DNA of 64,000 nt, taken from Candidatus Yanofskybacteria bacterium RIFCSPHIGHO2_01_FULL_43_32 (GTDB lineage Bacteria > Patescibacteriota > Minisyncoccia > 2-02-FULL-40-12 > GWA2-44-9). Shown in pieces: positions 1 to 8,078 of the stretch (the first letter of the stretch is position 1; every line of letters begins with the position of its first letter). The DNA lies in contig MGJF01000002.1 of assembly GCA_001794125.1 (NCBI GenBank), positions 108,514 to 172,513 on the forward strand. The letters are read 5' to 3'. The notes beneath the pieces were generated by a model. It made no database searches. It had not been told where the DNA came from and saw only the letters and a list, made by a program, of their open reading frames with translations. A program made the translations under genes and the position numbers.

Positions 1-1
1 T

Positions 2-1090
2 AGTGTTGCTCAAAACGCAACATTAAATGTTGTCAAAACAGTAATCAATGATAATGGTAGAACTAAAGTTGTTGCTGATTTTCCTTTGTTTGTGAAAGTC
101 GTAGGTGTCATCATGCCAGTTCTCTCTGGTGTAACCAACACCTTCTCTTCACCCTCCCCGGCCTATATTGTATCTGAAACCTCTGATCCTAATTATATTC
201 AAACATTTTCCGGGGATTGTGATGCTAATGGCTTGGTGCCTCATAATCCTGGTGATAATAAGTTTTGTATTATCACTAATAATGATATTGGTGCACCTGT
301 GATTCCCCCTGTGCCACCGTTAATTGATGTAGTTAAGGTTCCCAGTCCCTTGGCTTTGCCGGCAGGCCCCGGTCCTGTTACGTATACATATACGCTTACC
401 AATACCGGAACAGTTCCTGTAACTGACATAACGATGGTTGGCGACACTTGCAGTCCTATTAATCTTGTTTCCGGTGACAGCAATTCTGATGCCAAGCTTG
501 ATGTGAGTGAAACATGGATATATCGTTGCACTACGACGCTTTCCGAAACTCATACAAACATAGTCACCACAACAGGATGGGCTAATGGCATAAGTGCTGT
601 TGATATTGCAAGCGCTAAGGTTGTTGTCGGTGCTCCTATAGTACCGCCTTTGATTCACGTAACTAAAGTTCCGAGTCCGTTGGCCTTGTTTTCTGCGGGA
701 GGGGTAGTTACTTATACCGAAAAAGTTACAAACCCCGGAACCGTTGCGTTAAGTAATGTAAATCTTGTAGACGACAAATGCAGTCCATTAAAATATATTT
801 CAGGTGATGTAAACAGCAATTCAAAACTTGAGATGACTGAAACGTGGACTTATACTTGCAAATCTAATCTTACGCAAACCACAACAAATACAGTAACAGC
901 CGAGGGAAGTGCCAATGGCCTTACGGCAAGAGATATAGCGGTTGCCACTGTTGTTGTAGCTGCTCCAAAATTACCGGCTACGGGAATTACTCCTGATGTA
1001 AAAATTCCTTGGAACATAGTTATACCGGTTGGCATCTTAGCGGTTTTGGCTTCCTTCTATTTTGCCAGAAAAAAACAAATAACTATCTAA
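2..1090 (+). CDS. LPXTG-anchored cell-surface protein with tandem DUF11-like conserved repeats (5' partial; reading frame is open to window start)
   Basis: Frame is open from nt 2 (no stop upstream of the first M at 86). Repeated ~100-aa units (VKVPSPLAL...VTYTYTLTNTGTV...CSP...SGD.NS..KLD..ETW.Y.C). C-terminus has KLPATG followed by a hydrophobic helix and an ARKKQITI tail, which is a sortase sorting signal. Confidence 0.6.
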   Translation, partial: SVAQNATLNVVKTVINDNGRTKVVADFPLFVKVVGVIMPVLSGVTNTFSSPSPAYIVSETSDPNYIQTFSGDCDANGLVPHNPGDNKFCIITNNDIGAPVIPPVPPLIDVVKVPSPLALPAGPGPVTYTYTLTNTGTVPVTDITMVGDTCSPINLVSGDSNSDAKLDVSETWIYRCTTTLSETHTNIVTTTGWANGISAVDIASAKVVVGAPIVPPLIHVTKVPSPLALFSAGGVVTYTEKVTNPGTVALSNVNLVDDKCSPLKYISGDVNSNSKLEMTETWTYTCKSNLTQTTTNTVTAEGSANGLTARDIAVATVVVAAPKLPATGITPDVKIPWNIVIPVGILAVLASFYFARKKQITI

Positions 1091-1094
1091 TCAC

Positions 1095-1235
1095 ATGTTA
1101 TTAACTATCGGACTTGTACTTTTGGGTCTGTGGCTTGTAGGATTCACCTTTTTTCACGTAGCCGGTTTTCTTATCCATGTCCTTCTCGTTGTGGCTGTAA
1201 TAGTAGTACTTCTAAGAATTATAAGAGGAAAATAG
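1095..1235 (+). CDS. small membrane protein, lmo0937-like family (46 aa)
   Basis: ATG 1095, TAG 1233-1235. Peptide MLLTIGLVLLGLWLVGFTFFHVAGFLIHVLLVVAVIVVLLRIIRGK matches the GxWLxGF...HxAGxLIHxLLVxAVIV pattern of lmo0937-type small membrane proteins. It is too short to appear in the supplied ORF track. Confidence 0.4.
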   Translation: MLLTIGLVLLGLWLVGFTFFHVAGFLIHVLLVVAVIVVLLRIIRGK

Positions 1236-1253
1236 GATATTTTGGCCTAAGGC

Positions 1254-1300
1254 AGGAAAGGCCTCGCTGTGGCGGGGCCTTTCCATTATTAATTTTTTTG
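1254..1300 (+). terminator. intrinsic terminator (9-bp stem GGAAAGGCC/GGCCTTTCC followed by a T-run)
   Basis: Hairpin caggaaaggcctcgctgtggcggggcctttcc followed by attattaattttttt. Confidence 0.45.
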
Positions 1301-1308
1301 GAAAATCT

Positions 1309-1926
1309 ATGCAACTAAAAACACCATCAAAAAGAACATCGGTAACGGCTGTTCTTGCGGGATTTGTTGCGTTATCTCCGGCACTTTTTCTTTATTTTAT
1401 TCCAAAAATATCAACACATCGCAATCCGGTACCGATTACTGAAAATGTGGTTGTTCTTCAAACACAAGAACAAACAAGTGTTGGATTACCGTTGCGTCTA
1501 AAAATCCCGGTAATTAATATTGATTCCGCTGTAGAGTATGTGGGACTTGATTTTGACGGAGCGATGGATGTGCCAAAAAGCCAAGATAATGTAGGGTGGT
1601 TTGAAATTGGTTCACGTCCCGGAGGCAACGGCAGCGCAGTTATTGCCGGACACTACGGTCAGCAAAATAATAAGGGGTCAGTGTTTGATGACTTACACAA
1701 ATTACGCAAAGGCGATAAATTATATGTTGAAGATGAAAAGGGTGCGATTGTTGCCTTTGTAGTGCGTGAGAGCCGGAGATATGACCCGAAGGCAGATGCT
1801 TCAGAGGTTTTTAGTTCAAGTGATGGAAAAGCCCACCTCAACCTTGTTACTTGCGAAGGGGTTTGGGATGAAGCAACACAGCAGTACCCTAAACGGTTGG
1901 TGCTATTTACCGACAGAGAAGAATAG
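1309..1926 (+). CDS. sortase (transpeptidase)
   Basis: N-terminal TM anchor, catalytic His in VIAGHYG, catalytic Cys in LNLVTCEG (TLxTC-like). Adjacent to the LPATG substrate. Confidence 0.8.
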   Translation: MQLKTPSKRTSVTAVLAGFVALSPALFLYFIPKISTHRNPVPITENVVVLQTQEQTSVGLPLRLKIPVINIDSAVEYVGLDFDGAMDVPKSQDNVGWFEIGSRPGGNGSAVIAGHYGQQNNKGSVFDDLHKLRKGDKLYVEDEKGAIVAFVVRESRRYDPKADASEVFSSSDGKAHLNLVTCEGVWDEATQQYPKRLVLFTDREE

Positions 1927-1930
1927 CGCT

Positions 1931-2103
1931 CCATCTTATCTCAAACATCGCTCAGGCCATATGCCTTCCTTCGAACCAAAATAGATTTGCTCCAGCGGCA
2001 AATCTTTCTTGTCTCTCGGCATTTCGCAGAACCAAGCCGAAATACCCCCGAGTCCTTCTCTGAAGGCACATGCCCTTCGCTTGATAAACTGGGATGAGGT
2101 GTC
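1931..2103 (+). repeat. Rep-A: ~175-bp palindromic MITE-like repeat with terminal inverted repeats, copy 1
   Basis: Aligns along its length with 51455-51638 (+) and 41805-41968 (reverse complement). Shared core is cacatgccttcc..tcgaacc..gaatagatttgctccggcggcaaatctttcttgtctctcggcat...aatgcctccgagtccttctctgaaggcacatg. The outer ends are inverted repeats (cttcatccca / tgggatgaag) and the interior is a long imperfect palindrome. Confidence 0.55.
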
Positions 2104-2108
2104 GCTTC

Positions 2109-2138
2109 TTCAACGGCTCACACATGTGAGCCGTTGAA
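2109..2138 (+). repeat. perfect 13-bp-stem hairpin ttcaacggctcacacatgtgagccgttgaa, also present at 61313-61340
   Basis: Identical 28-nt palindromic sequence at two loci. It directly abuts Rep-A copy 1 here. Confidence 0.5.
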
Positions 2139-2226
2139 ATTTGTGGGGAAAATGATATTTTATAGTTTGAGTACTCGGCTAAGATAGGGGCAGTGTGTTC
2201 TTGTAGAAAATTATCTAATTAATGTA

Positions 2227-3285
2227 ATGAAATTATTCCAGGAAAGAAAAATAGTTCGTGCTATTCAAAGTCAAATAAATAACTCTGACGAGCCAGGGGC
2301 TTATCGCACGTCGAATTTTGTACCAAAAGAAAGTTTCATTTTATATTTTTCTCAGTGGTTAATTAATGAAAAAGATAAATTAAATCGAGCTTCCCGCATC
2401 AAGCGTTACTTTATTGGGCTTAGACAAAACGAGGTCTCCGCTGCAGAACTGATGCAGGTGCTTCAATATTGCATTGATGACGGATATGTAACTAGAACTG
2501 AGTCTGACGGATACAGATTAACAAGTGCCGGAGCTTATCTGGCATCTTTATTTTTTTGGCTTCCTTCGATACCTGTTGCGGTATCTATAATAGCGATAGT
2601 AATTTCTTTTCTTGGCTTTTCTTATTCTAGGTCAACTTTTGAAAAACTTCTTCCAGAGCACCAAGCGAATATTATTTTTTCAGAAGAATCAATAAAGATT
2701 GCCGTTGACTCTAAAGGAGTTTGGTTTCAACCAGTCATTAAAAATATAGGGGTGACAACAGCAAGGGAGGTAAGATTTAGAATATATATTACACTTTTTC
2801 AAAAAAATAATCCGATTGCAGTTCCTGAATATTCCGTTAATCGAGTTTTTAATGACTATCTTGTGGCTGATTTAAATCCGGGTGAGAAAGCAAGTTTTGG
2901 GAGTTTTTCAATCGGAAGAACGTCAACAGCTAAAAATGGCAAAATCTTTGATTTATTTGAAGTCAAACCAGATGTGGCTATTATTTTTCACCTAAACTAT
3001 GTTGACCCTCTCTCTAAAAAAATAATGAGTAAGTTTTTTATTTTCCATTATTTTTATGGCAGGCTTTCCGCGAATTCACTAATTGGGGATGACTATCAAA
3101 TTATCAAGGATAAGATTGTTCAATATCTAGAGAACGAAGAAAACAAAGACCAAGAACTTGTTAATTTTGTCCGAGAAAAATATGAATTAAAAAAACACTT
3201 AGGTACCTCTGATGGCTTTAGTAAAATTTCGTTTGACTTTTTTATTTGTTTTCTAAGGATAGCTTCGTTCTTTTCTATAATTTAA
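2227..3285 (+). CDS. hypothetical membrane-anchored protein with N-terminal winged-helix-like segment
   Basis: Residues ~60-100 (VSAAELMQVLQYCIDDGYVTRTESDGYRLTSAGAYLA) look like a wHTH. They are followed by one TM helix (LFFWLPSIPVAVSIIAIVISFLGF) and a ~210-aa domain of unknown function. The gene is more AT-rich than its neighbours and is flanked by Rep-A and Rep-C repeats. Confidence 0.4.
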   Translation: MKLFQERKIVRAIQSQINNSDEPGAYRTSNFVPKESFILYFSQWLINEKDKLNRASRIKRYFIGLRQNEVSAAELMQVLQYCIDDGYVTRTESDGYRLTSAGAYLASLFFWLPSIPVAVSIIAIVISFLGFSYSRSTFEKLLPEHQANIIFSEESIKIAVDSKGVWFQPVIKNIGVTTAREVRFRIYITLFQKNNPIAVPEYSVNRVFNDYLVADLNPGEKASFGSFSIGRTSTAKNGKIFDLFEVKPDVAIIFHLNYVDPLSKKIMSKFFIFHYFYGRLSANSLIGDDYQIIKDKIVQYLENEENKDQELVNFVREKYELKKHLGTSDGFSKISFDFFICFLRIASFFSII

Positions 3286-3360
3286 AGGTGAGGATGGTTT
3301 TCGCGAGGCTTTGCCTGATTTTCTCATTTAAATTTAAGCCCAGCCCCATCGTTTTTATGT

Positions 3361-3601
3361 CACTTTGACGAGTCCCACACTCATGCATGAGTGTGGGACG
3401 AGGCGAATAAAAAGCGACGAAAGGTAACTGACTTAGAGGAACGACCCGCAGGCGCTTGGGCTTGGTTCTGCCAAGCGCCGAGGGAGAAGAAATTTTTATC
3501 GTCCCGATTTTTGTTCACAAAAATCGAGGATCCTCGATTGCGAAGCAATCGGGACTGGAATAAAAATATTCTGGTTCCGAGAAGTCAGTTGCCTTGAGCG
3601 A
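3361..3601 (+). repeat. Rep-C leader repeat copy 1 (upstream of secD), carrying two hairpin insertions
   Basis: About 150 nt here (gaggcgaataaaaagcga...cttagaggaacgacccgcaggcgcttgggcttggtt...ccaagcgccgagggagaagaaatttttatcg...ctggaataaaaatattctggttccgagaag.cagttgccttgagcga) recur at 11207-11362, with ~90% identity by eye. This copy additionally contains a hairpin at 3372-3399 and an inserted hairpin tcccgatttttgttcacaaaaatcgaggatcctcgattgcgaagcaatcgggac. Confidence 0.5.
3372..3399 (+). mobile_element. 28-bp perfect palindromic insertion (gtcccacactcatg/catgagtgtgggac) flanked by direct GACGAG duplication
   Basis: Copy 1 reads ttgACGAG[tcccacactcatgcatgagtgtgg]GACGAGgcgaataaaa. Copy 2 at 11207 reads tttaACGAGgcgaataaaa with no insert. 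This is consistent with insertion of a small palindromic element with a target-site duplication. Confidence 0.4.
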
Positions 3602-3606
3602 AACTC

Positions 3607-4923
3607 TTGCGCTCAAAAATTAGATATGTTTTAATAAACTTCGTGAAAGTTAACTATTTACTCATTGGAATAATTGTCGGGTCTCTGTTGCTCTTTGTTT
3701 TTGTGTATCCGCAGGGCGTAAGCAAATGGGTACCTGTGCCGAACGTGCCATTTCGTCTTGGTTTAGATTTGCTTGGCGGTACTCATCTTGTTTATCAGGC
3801 CGACCTTTCCAAATCGGAAAACAAAAATGATGCCATGCAGGGCGTCAGGGATGTAATTGAAAGAAGGGTTAATTTTTTCGGCGTTGCCGAGCCGTTGATT
3901 CAGATAAGCGGACAGGACCGTCTGATTGTTGAACTTGCCGGCATCAGCGACGTCGGTCAGGCCATCAAGTTGATAGGCGAAACCCCATTTCTTGAATTTA
4001 AAGAAACAAAAGCCGATACGCAGGCGATATTAGAGGCCCAGCAAAAGGGTCAGAGATTAAATGAAGATCCGTTGCAATCTACAGGGCTTAATGGCAGGCA
4101 TTTGAAACGGGCTGCGGTTGCGTTTGACCAGCAGACCTATCAGCCGCAAGTGAGTTTGGAATTAACCGACGAGGGCGCTAAACTCTTTGCCGAAATAACC
4201 AAGAAAAATTTAGGCAAGATAGTTGCGATATATTTGGACGGAGTTCCCATATCTACTCCCGTAGTCCAATCGGAAATTAAAGACGGCAACGCGGTCATTA
4301 CGGGAAAGTTCACTCCGATCGAATCCAAACTATTGGCGACAAGATTGAATTCCGGCGCTTTGCCTGTGCCGATATCTTTGGTTTCCCAGCAAACCATCGG
4401 CGCGTCTTTGGGAGCCGAATCTTTGGCAAAAAGTTTGAAGGCGGGGATTTACGGTTTGATATTGGTGGCTTTGTTCATGATTTTATTTTACCGGTTGCCG
4501 GGGGTGGTTTCGGTAATCGCTTTGGGGGTGTATGTTTTAATAGTCTTGTCTATTTATAAATTTATTCCGGTTACGCTGACCTTAGCCGGTATCGCCGGAT
4601 TTATTCTTTCGCTGGGCATGGCGGTGGACGCCAACGTTTTGATATTTGCCAGAATGAGGGAGGAATTAAAGGCCGGAAAATCAATCCGCGCGTCAATGCA
4701 TGAAGGGTTTTCACGCGCCTGGCTTTCAGTAAGGGACAGCCACGTGACCACTCTTATCGGCGCGTTTGTGCTGTACACGTTTACGACCTCTATAGTGAAA
4801 GGATTTGCCTTGACTTTGGGCATCGGAGTTTTGACGAGCTTGTTTACGGCTACGGTTGTGACAAGAACTATTTTGAATTTGATAAGCGGACCGAAAATGG
4901 AGAATAAAAAGAGGTTGTTCTAA
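3607..4923 (+). CDS. secD: protein translocase subunit SecD
   Basis: N-terminal TM, large periplasmic domain, C-terminal 6-TM SecD/SecF core (LVALFMILFYRLPGVV..., GFILSLGMAVDANVLIFARMREE). The start is uncertain: TTG at 3607 per the ORF track, with an in-frame GTG at 3643 also possible. Confidence 0.85.
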   Translation: MRSKIRYVLINFVKVNYLLIGIIVGSLLLFVFVYPQGVSKWVPVPNVPFRLGLDLLGGTHLVYQADLSKSENKNDAMQGVRDVIERRVNFFGVAEPLIQISGQDRLIVELAGISDVGQAIKLIGETPFLEFKETKADTQAILEAQQKGQRLNEDPLQSTGLNGRHLKRAAVAFDQQTYQPQVSLELTDEGAKLFAEITKKNLGKIVAIYLDGVPISTPVVQSEIKDGNAVITGKFTPIESKLLATRLNSGALPVPISLVSQQTIGASLGAESLAKSLKAGIYGLILVALFMILFYRLPGVVSVIALGVYVLIVLSIYKFIPVTLTLAGIAGFILSLGMAVDANVLIFARMREELKAGKSIRASMHEGFSRAWLSVRDSHVTTLIGAFVLYTFTTSIVKGFALTLGIGVLTSLFTATVVTRTILNLISGPKMENKKRLF

Positions 4924-4924
4924 A

Positions 4925-5827
4925 ATGAATAAAATCTATAAAATAATGTTCTGGGTCTCGATATTGCTGGCGGCTTCGGCTGTTATTGTTGTCTTAGTGT
5001 TTGGCTTGAGGTTGGGAGTTGATTTTAAAGGGGGAAGTGTTCTTGAGCTGGAGTTTAATCCGTCGGCTGGCGGAGGGAGACCGGAAATTGAAGCCATTCA
5101 AAAACATCTTTCCGAATTTAAAGATTTGTCGCTGACCCCCTCCGGGGCAAACGGCCTTATAATAAGAACCGGAGAATTGTCGGAACAGGACCACCAGATT
5201 ATTCTGAATAAATTTAAAACAGCTTTTCCGTCCTCCGGCCTGGAAGAAAGAAAATTTGATTCAGTGGGGCCTTTGATCGGGAATGAATTAAGGAATAAAA
5301 GCGTTACCGCAATAATATTGGTGTTGTTGGGAGTAATTATTTATATAGCCATTGTGTTCAGAAAGTTGTCGGGAGTATTGCCCGGCTGGGCAATGGGTCT
5401 TGCCGCGATTGTCGCTCTTGTTCACGATATTGTCATACCAACTGGAGCATTTGCTTTGCTGGGTCATTTTTACGGAATTGAAATAAGCGCCGTATTCGTA
5501 GCCGCGGCTCTTACTATTTTGGGATATTCGGTTTCCGATACCGTGGTTGTGTTTGATAGGGTCAGGGAGAATATTTTAAGAGGCGGAAATAGAGAAGCTT
5601 TTGGCGCCGTGGTCCATAAAAGCATCATGCAAACTTTGACCAGATCGCTTAACACCACATTTACAACCTTATTGTCTTTGATAGCGATTTATTTGTTTGG
5701 TGGGGAGAGTATTAAATACTTTGCTTTGGCCATGATTATGGGTATTTTTCTGGGAGCGTATTCTTCCATATTTGTCGCGTCGCCCTTATTGGTTTGGTGG
5801 AATAAAAGGTACGGGGTTGACGGCTAA
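4925..5827 (+). CDS. secF: protein translocase subunit SecF
   Basis: Begins at the ATG immediately after the secD stop. Has the SecF membrane core (VFDRVRENI, six C-terminal TMs). Confidence 0.85.
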   Translation: MNKIYKIMFWVSILLAASAVIVVLVFGLRLGVDFKGGSVLELEFNPSAGGGRPEIEAIQKHLSEFKDLSLTPSGANGLIIRTGELSEQDHQIILNKFKTAFPSSGLEERKFDSVGPLIGNELRNKSVTAIILVLLGVIIYIAIVFRKLSGVLPGWAMGLAAIVALVHDIVIPTGAFALLGHFYGIEISAVFVAAALTILGYSVSDTVVVFDRVRENILRGGNREAFGAVVHKSIMQTLTRSLNTTFTTLLSLIAIYLFGGESIKYFALAMIMGIFLGAYSSIFVASPLLVWWNKRYGVDG

Positions 5828-5897
5828 GAATAGTAATGATATTATATGTTCAAAGTTTAATTAAAGGGAATTACTTGGAGGGTATCGCCCTGTTTAT

Positions 5898-6968
5898 ATG
5901 AGCAAAAACAATTTAAATCTGTCAGGTCAGAGCGCGGTCACAAAGACGGTCGCAAGTTTGGTCAAAAACTTATCGGCAAGAAACAGGGACATAATTTCCA
6001 GACGTTTTGGGTTGAAGAACGGCAGGAAAGAAACCCTTGAATCCATCGGCAAAAGCTACGGCATTACCAGAGAGAGAGTGAGACAGATAGAGGAATTTAC
6101 CCTGACACAATTATCCAAAGGAACCCTCAATCCCGAAGTGGAAAAATATGCCGCTTTGGCCAAGAATATTTTGAACGAGAACGGCGGAATTATGAAAGAA
6201 AAAGATCTGTTCAAGGCCTTCTCCGGCAGTGACGCCGAATCGGTTCTCAATTCGTCTTTGGTTTTTGTTTTGACCTTGGACAAAGACCTGATTAAATTCA
6301 ACGATAACGATGATCTTCATTCTTTCTGGGCGGCCGACAATAATGTTCTGAATAATTTTAAAAACATGGCCTCGTCCTGTATAAATATTTTGGGTAAGTC
6401 GGGAAAAGTAAGTGCGGAGACGGAATTTTATAATTTAGCTAAAAAGAACGATGTTCCGGGATTAAACGGAGATCTTAATCCAAGGCACCTGGCGACTTAT
6501 ATAACGATTTCCAAGAACGTGGGCAAGAATATTTTTAATGAAGTGGGGCTGGTGTCCTGGCCGGAAATCAGACCCAAAGGCGTAAAAGACAAGGCCTACT
6601 TGGTGCTGAAGAAGAATAATGATCCTAAGCATTTCAGCGAGATTGCCAAACTGATAAATGCCGCCGGATTTCAGGGCAAGAAAGCGAATGTTCAGACCGT
6701 CCACAATGAATTGATAAAAGACAACAGGTTCGTTCTGGTAGGCAGGGGAATGTACGCCTTATCAGAATGGGGCTATAAATCCGGAACAGTAAAAGACGTC
6801 CTCGTCGACCTCCTGAAGAATTCTTCAAAACCGATGCCCAAGACCGCTCTTTTGACCAAAGTGATGAACGCCAGAATGGTAAAAGAAAACACGATTCTCT
6901 TGAATCTCCAGGACTCCAAGACCTTCGTTAAGAACGAAGACGGAACCTACGAATTAAAAGAGGCCTAA
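5898..6968 (+). CDS. sigma-70 region 4 domain-containing protein (CPR-type, no other sigma regions)
   Basis: N-terminus LSARNRDIISRRFGL.NGRKETLESIGKSYGITRERVRQIEEFTLTQL is a clear sigma70_r4 HTH. The remaining ~270 aa are uncharacterised. Confidence 0.55.
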   Translation: MSKNNLNLSGQSAVTKTVASLVKNLSARNRDIISRRFGLKNGRKETLESIGKSYGITRERVRQIEEFTLTQLSKGTLNPEVEKYAALAKNILNENGGIMKEKDLFKAFSGSDAESVLNSSLVFVLTLDKDLIKFNDNDDLHSFWAADNNVLNNFKNMASSCINILGKSGKVSAETEFYNLAKKNDVPGLNGDLNPRHLATYITISKNVGKNIFNEVGLVSWPEIRPKGVKDKAYLVLKKNNDPKHFSEIAKLINAAGFQGKKANVQTVHNELIKDNRFVLVGRGMYALSEWGYKSGTVKDVLVDLLKNSSKPMPKTALLTKVMNARMVKENTILLNLQDSKTFVKNEDGTYELKEA

Positions 6969-6976
6969 AAACAAAA

Positions 6977-7006
6977 GAGCCCCGCTACAGAGTGGGGTTC
7001 TTTTTT
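6977..7006 (+). terminator. intrinsic terminator after the 5898-6968 gene
   Basis: gagccccgctacagagtggggttc followed by tttttt. Confidence 0.5.
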
Positions 7007-7013
7007 ATAGCTG

Positions 7014-7125
7014 ACGCAACCTCTATGCATGCGGAGGGAGACACCTTTTTAAAAATTTGTTAATTTTGTAAAAAGTGTCTCCCTCCGCCGGTTGTTTAAG
7101 TGGCAAATGGCGGTTGGCCATAGAG
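7014..7125 (+). repeat. Rep-B hairpin repeat, copy A
   Basis: caacctctatgcatgcggagggagacacc[AT-rich loop]ggtgtctccctccgccggttgtttaagt.. Same architecture as 11051, 15206, 22415(-), 37944(-) and 61398(-). Confidence 0.55.
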
Positions 7126-7186
7126 ATTCAAACTCTCTCTGATTAAAACCGGTTCAAAAGGCAGGTTGGACGTACCTTACGCAGGG

Positions 7187-7215
7187 TTGACTTTATAAAC
7201 TTTCTCTGCTATAAT
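7187..7215 (+). promoter_or_regulatory. sigma-70 consensus promoter (TTGACT -17 nt- TATAAT) driving the DUF397 gene
   Basis: TTGACT 7187-7192, 17-nt spacer, TATAAT 7210-7215. RBS aaaggaaaagag before ATG 7255. Confidence 0.55.
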
Positions 7216-7254
7216 TTAGAGCGCAGTCGGCAATGACTGCAGAAAGGAAAAGAG

Positions 7255-7464
7255 ATGCTCAGTCGTATCAGAGTTCGCGATAGGGACTTCAAGATTTCGT
7301 CTTGGTCCAAGAACAATCCGAAGACTTGCGTCGCTGTGGCTATCAAGCCCAACGGCGTGGCTGTCCGCAACAGCAATGACTCGACGAAGAATACCGTGTT
7401 CTTCACCAACGATGAGTGGTCCGCCTTCGTCAAGGGCGTCAAAAACAACGAATTCGGTGTCTAA
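7255..7464 (+). CDS. DUF397 domain protein (69 aa), GC-rich foreign-looking cassette
   Basis: FKISSWSKNNPKTCVAVAIKPNGVAVRNSNDSTKNTVFFTNDEWSAFVKGVKNNEF matches the DUF397 pattern (W.KSS.S..N.CVEVA...VAVRDS.D....L.FT..EW.AFV.GVK.GEF). That family is typical of Streptomyces and other Actinobacteria. The gene is about 52% GC against a ~42% background and has its own promoter and terminator. Confidence 0.65.
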   Translation: MLSRIRVRDRDFKISSWSKNNPKTCVAVAIKPNGVAVRNSNDSTKNTVFFTNDEWSAFVKGVKNNEFGV

Positions 7465-7471
7465 CCCGAAC

Positions 7472-7500
7472 GGGGGGCAGAAATACCCCCCCCTTTTTTT
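7472..7500 (+). terminator. intrinsic terminator (GGGGGG/CCCCCC stem plus T7-8)
   Basis: cggggggcagaaatacccccccc followed by ttttttt. Confidence 0.6.
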
Positions 7501-7513
7501 AACCATTAAATTT

Positions 7514-7912
7514 ATGAAAACAATATTTTACCCAGGATTAGGAGAAACAAAGAAAAACTATAAATCATTATCTAAACATTTAATCGTGGCTGATATTGAT
7601 TGGAATACAGGAAAAGCCACATCTTCAAAAAACTGCGACACAGTTGTGAGTTTTTCGCTTGGAGCTGTTTTTTCTCTGGAGGCAGCTCTTAAAAGAAAAC
7701 TAAAAAAACTTATTCTTTGTTCGCCTACCCCATTTGAATCATTGGGCAAACACAAGGCAGAACAGGTGATTTTTATAATTGGTGAAAGGGAAAAATTTTT
7801 ACAAAAAATATTCAAACCATTATGTAAGAAAAATGTAAAAATGATTATAGTGCCAAAGGGAGATCATCGAATAAACAAAAATTACAAAAAGATACTTCTG
7901 CAAAACATATAA
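7514..7912 (+). CDS. small alpha/beta-hydrolase-like protein (hypothetical)
   Basis: Start at MKTIFYPGLGETKKNY. Has a nucleophile-elbow-like VSFSLGAV and a late GDHRIN His. The gene is AT-rich. This is a low-confidence fold-level call. Confidence 0.3.
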   Translation: MKTIFYPGLGETKKNYKSLSKHLIVADIDWNTGKATSSKNCDTVVSFSLGAVFSLEAALKRKLKKLILCSPTPFESLGKHKAEQVIFIIGEREKFLQKIFKPLCKKNVKMIIVPKGDHRINKNYKKILLQNI

Positions 7913-8078
7913 AATATGGGGGTAACCATACCTTGAACCTCTCCTGCCAATTGCCATTTATCCGCCCAAACAACCGGCGACAGAGAGTTTTGCGGGCTAA
8001 AGCACCGCACACTCCGAGAGAGGTTGTGTAAGCTGTTCTCTTTTAATTTAGCGCTTGCAGTAGTATAATGCATAGGTA

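Noticed and set aside
1130-1318. 62-aa ORF between the LPXTG gene and sortase
   Set aside because: Cys/Arg-rich translation of a terminator hairpin region. A different frame (1095-1235) encodes a plausible lmo0937-like membrane peptide instead.
1659-1984. ORFs 1659-1934 (-) and 1766-1984 (+) overlapping sortase and Rep-A
   Set aside because: Antisense/shadow frames inside the sortase gene and the repeat. No signals.
3391-3597. ORFs 3391-3597 and 11123-11323 sharing the peptide ...EERPAGAWAWF.QAPREKKFLS
   Set aside because: They are translations of the two Rep-C repeat copies. The shared peptide reflects nucleotide repeat identity, not a gene. Both are Ala/Trp/Arg-rich and lack starts with an RBS.
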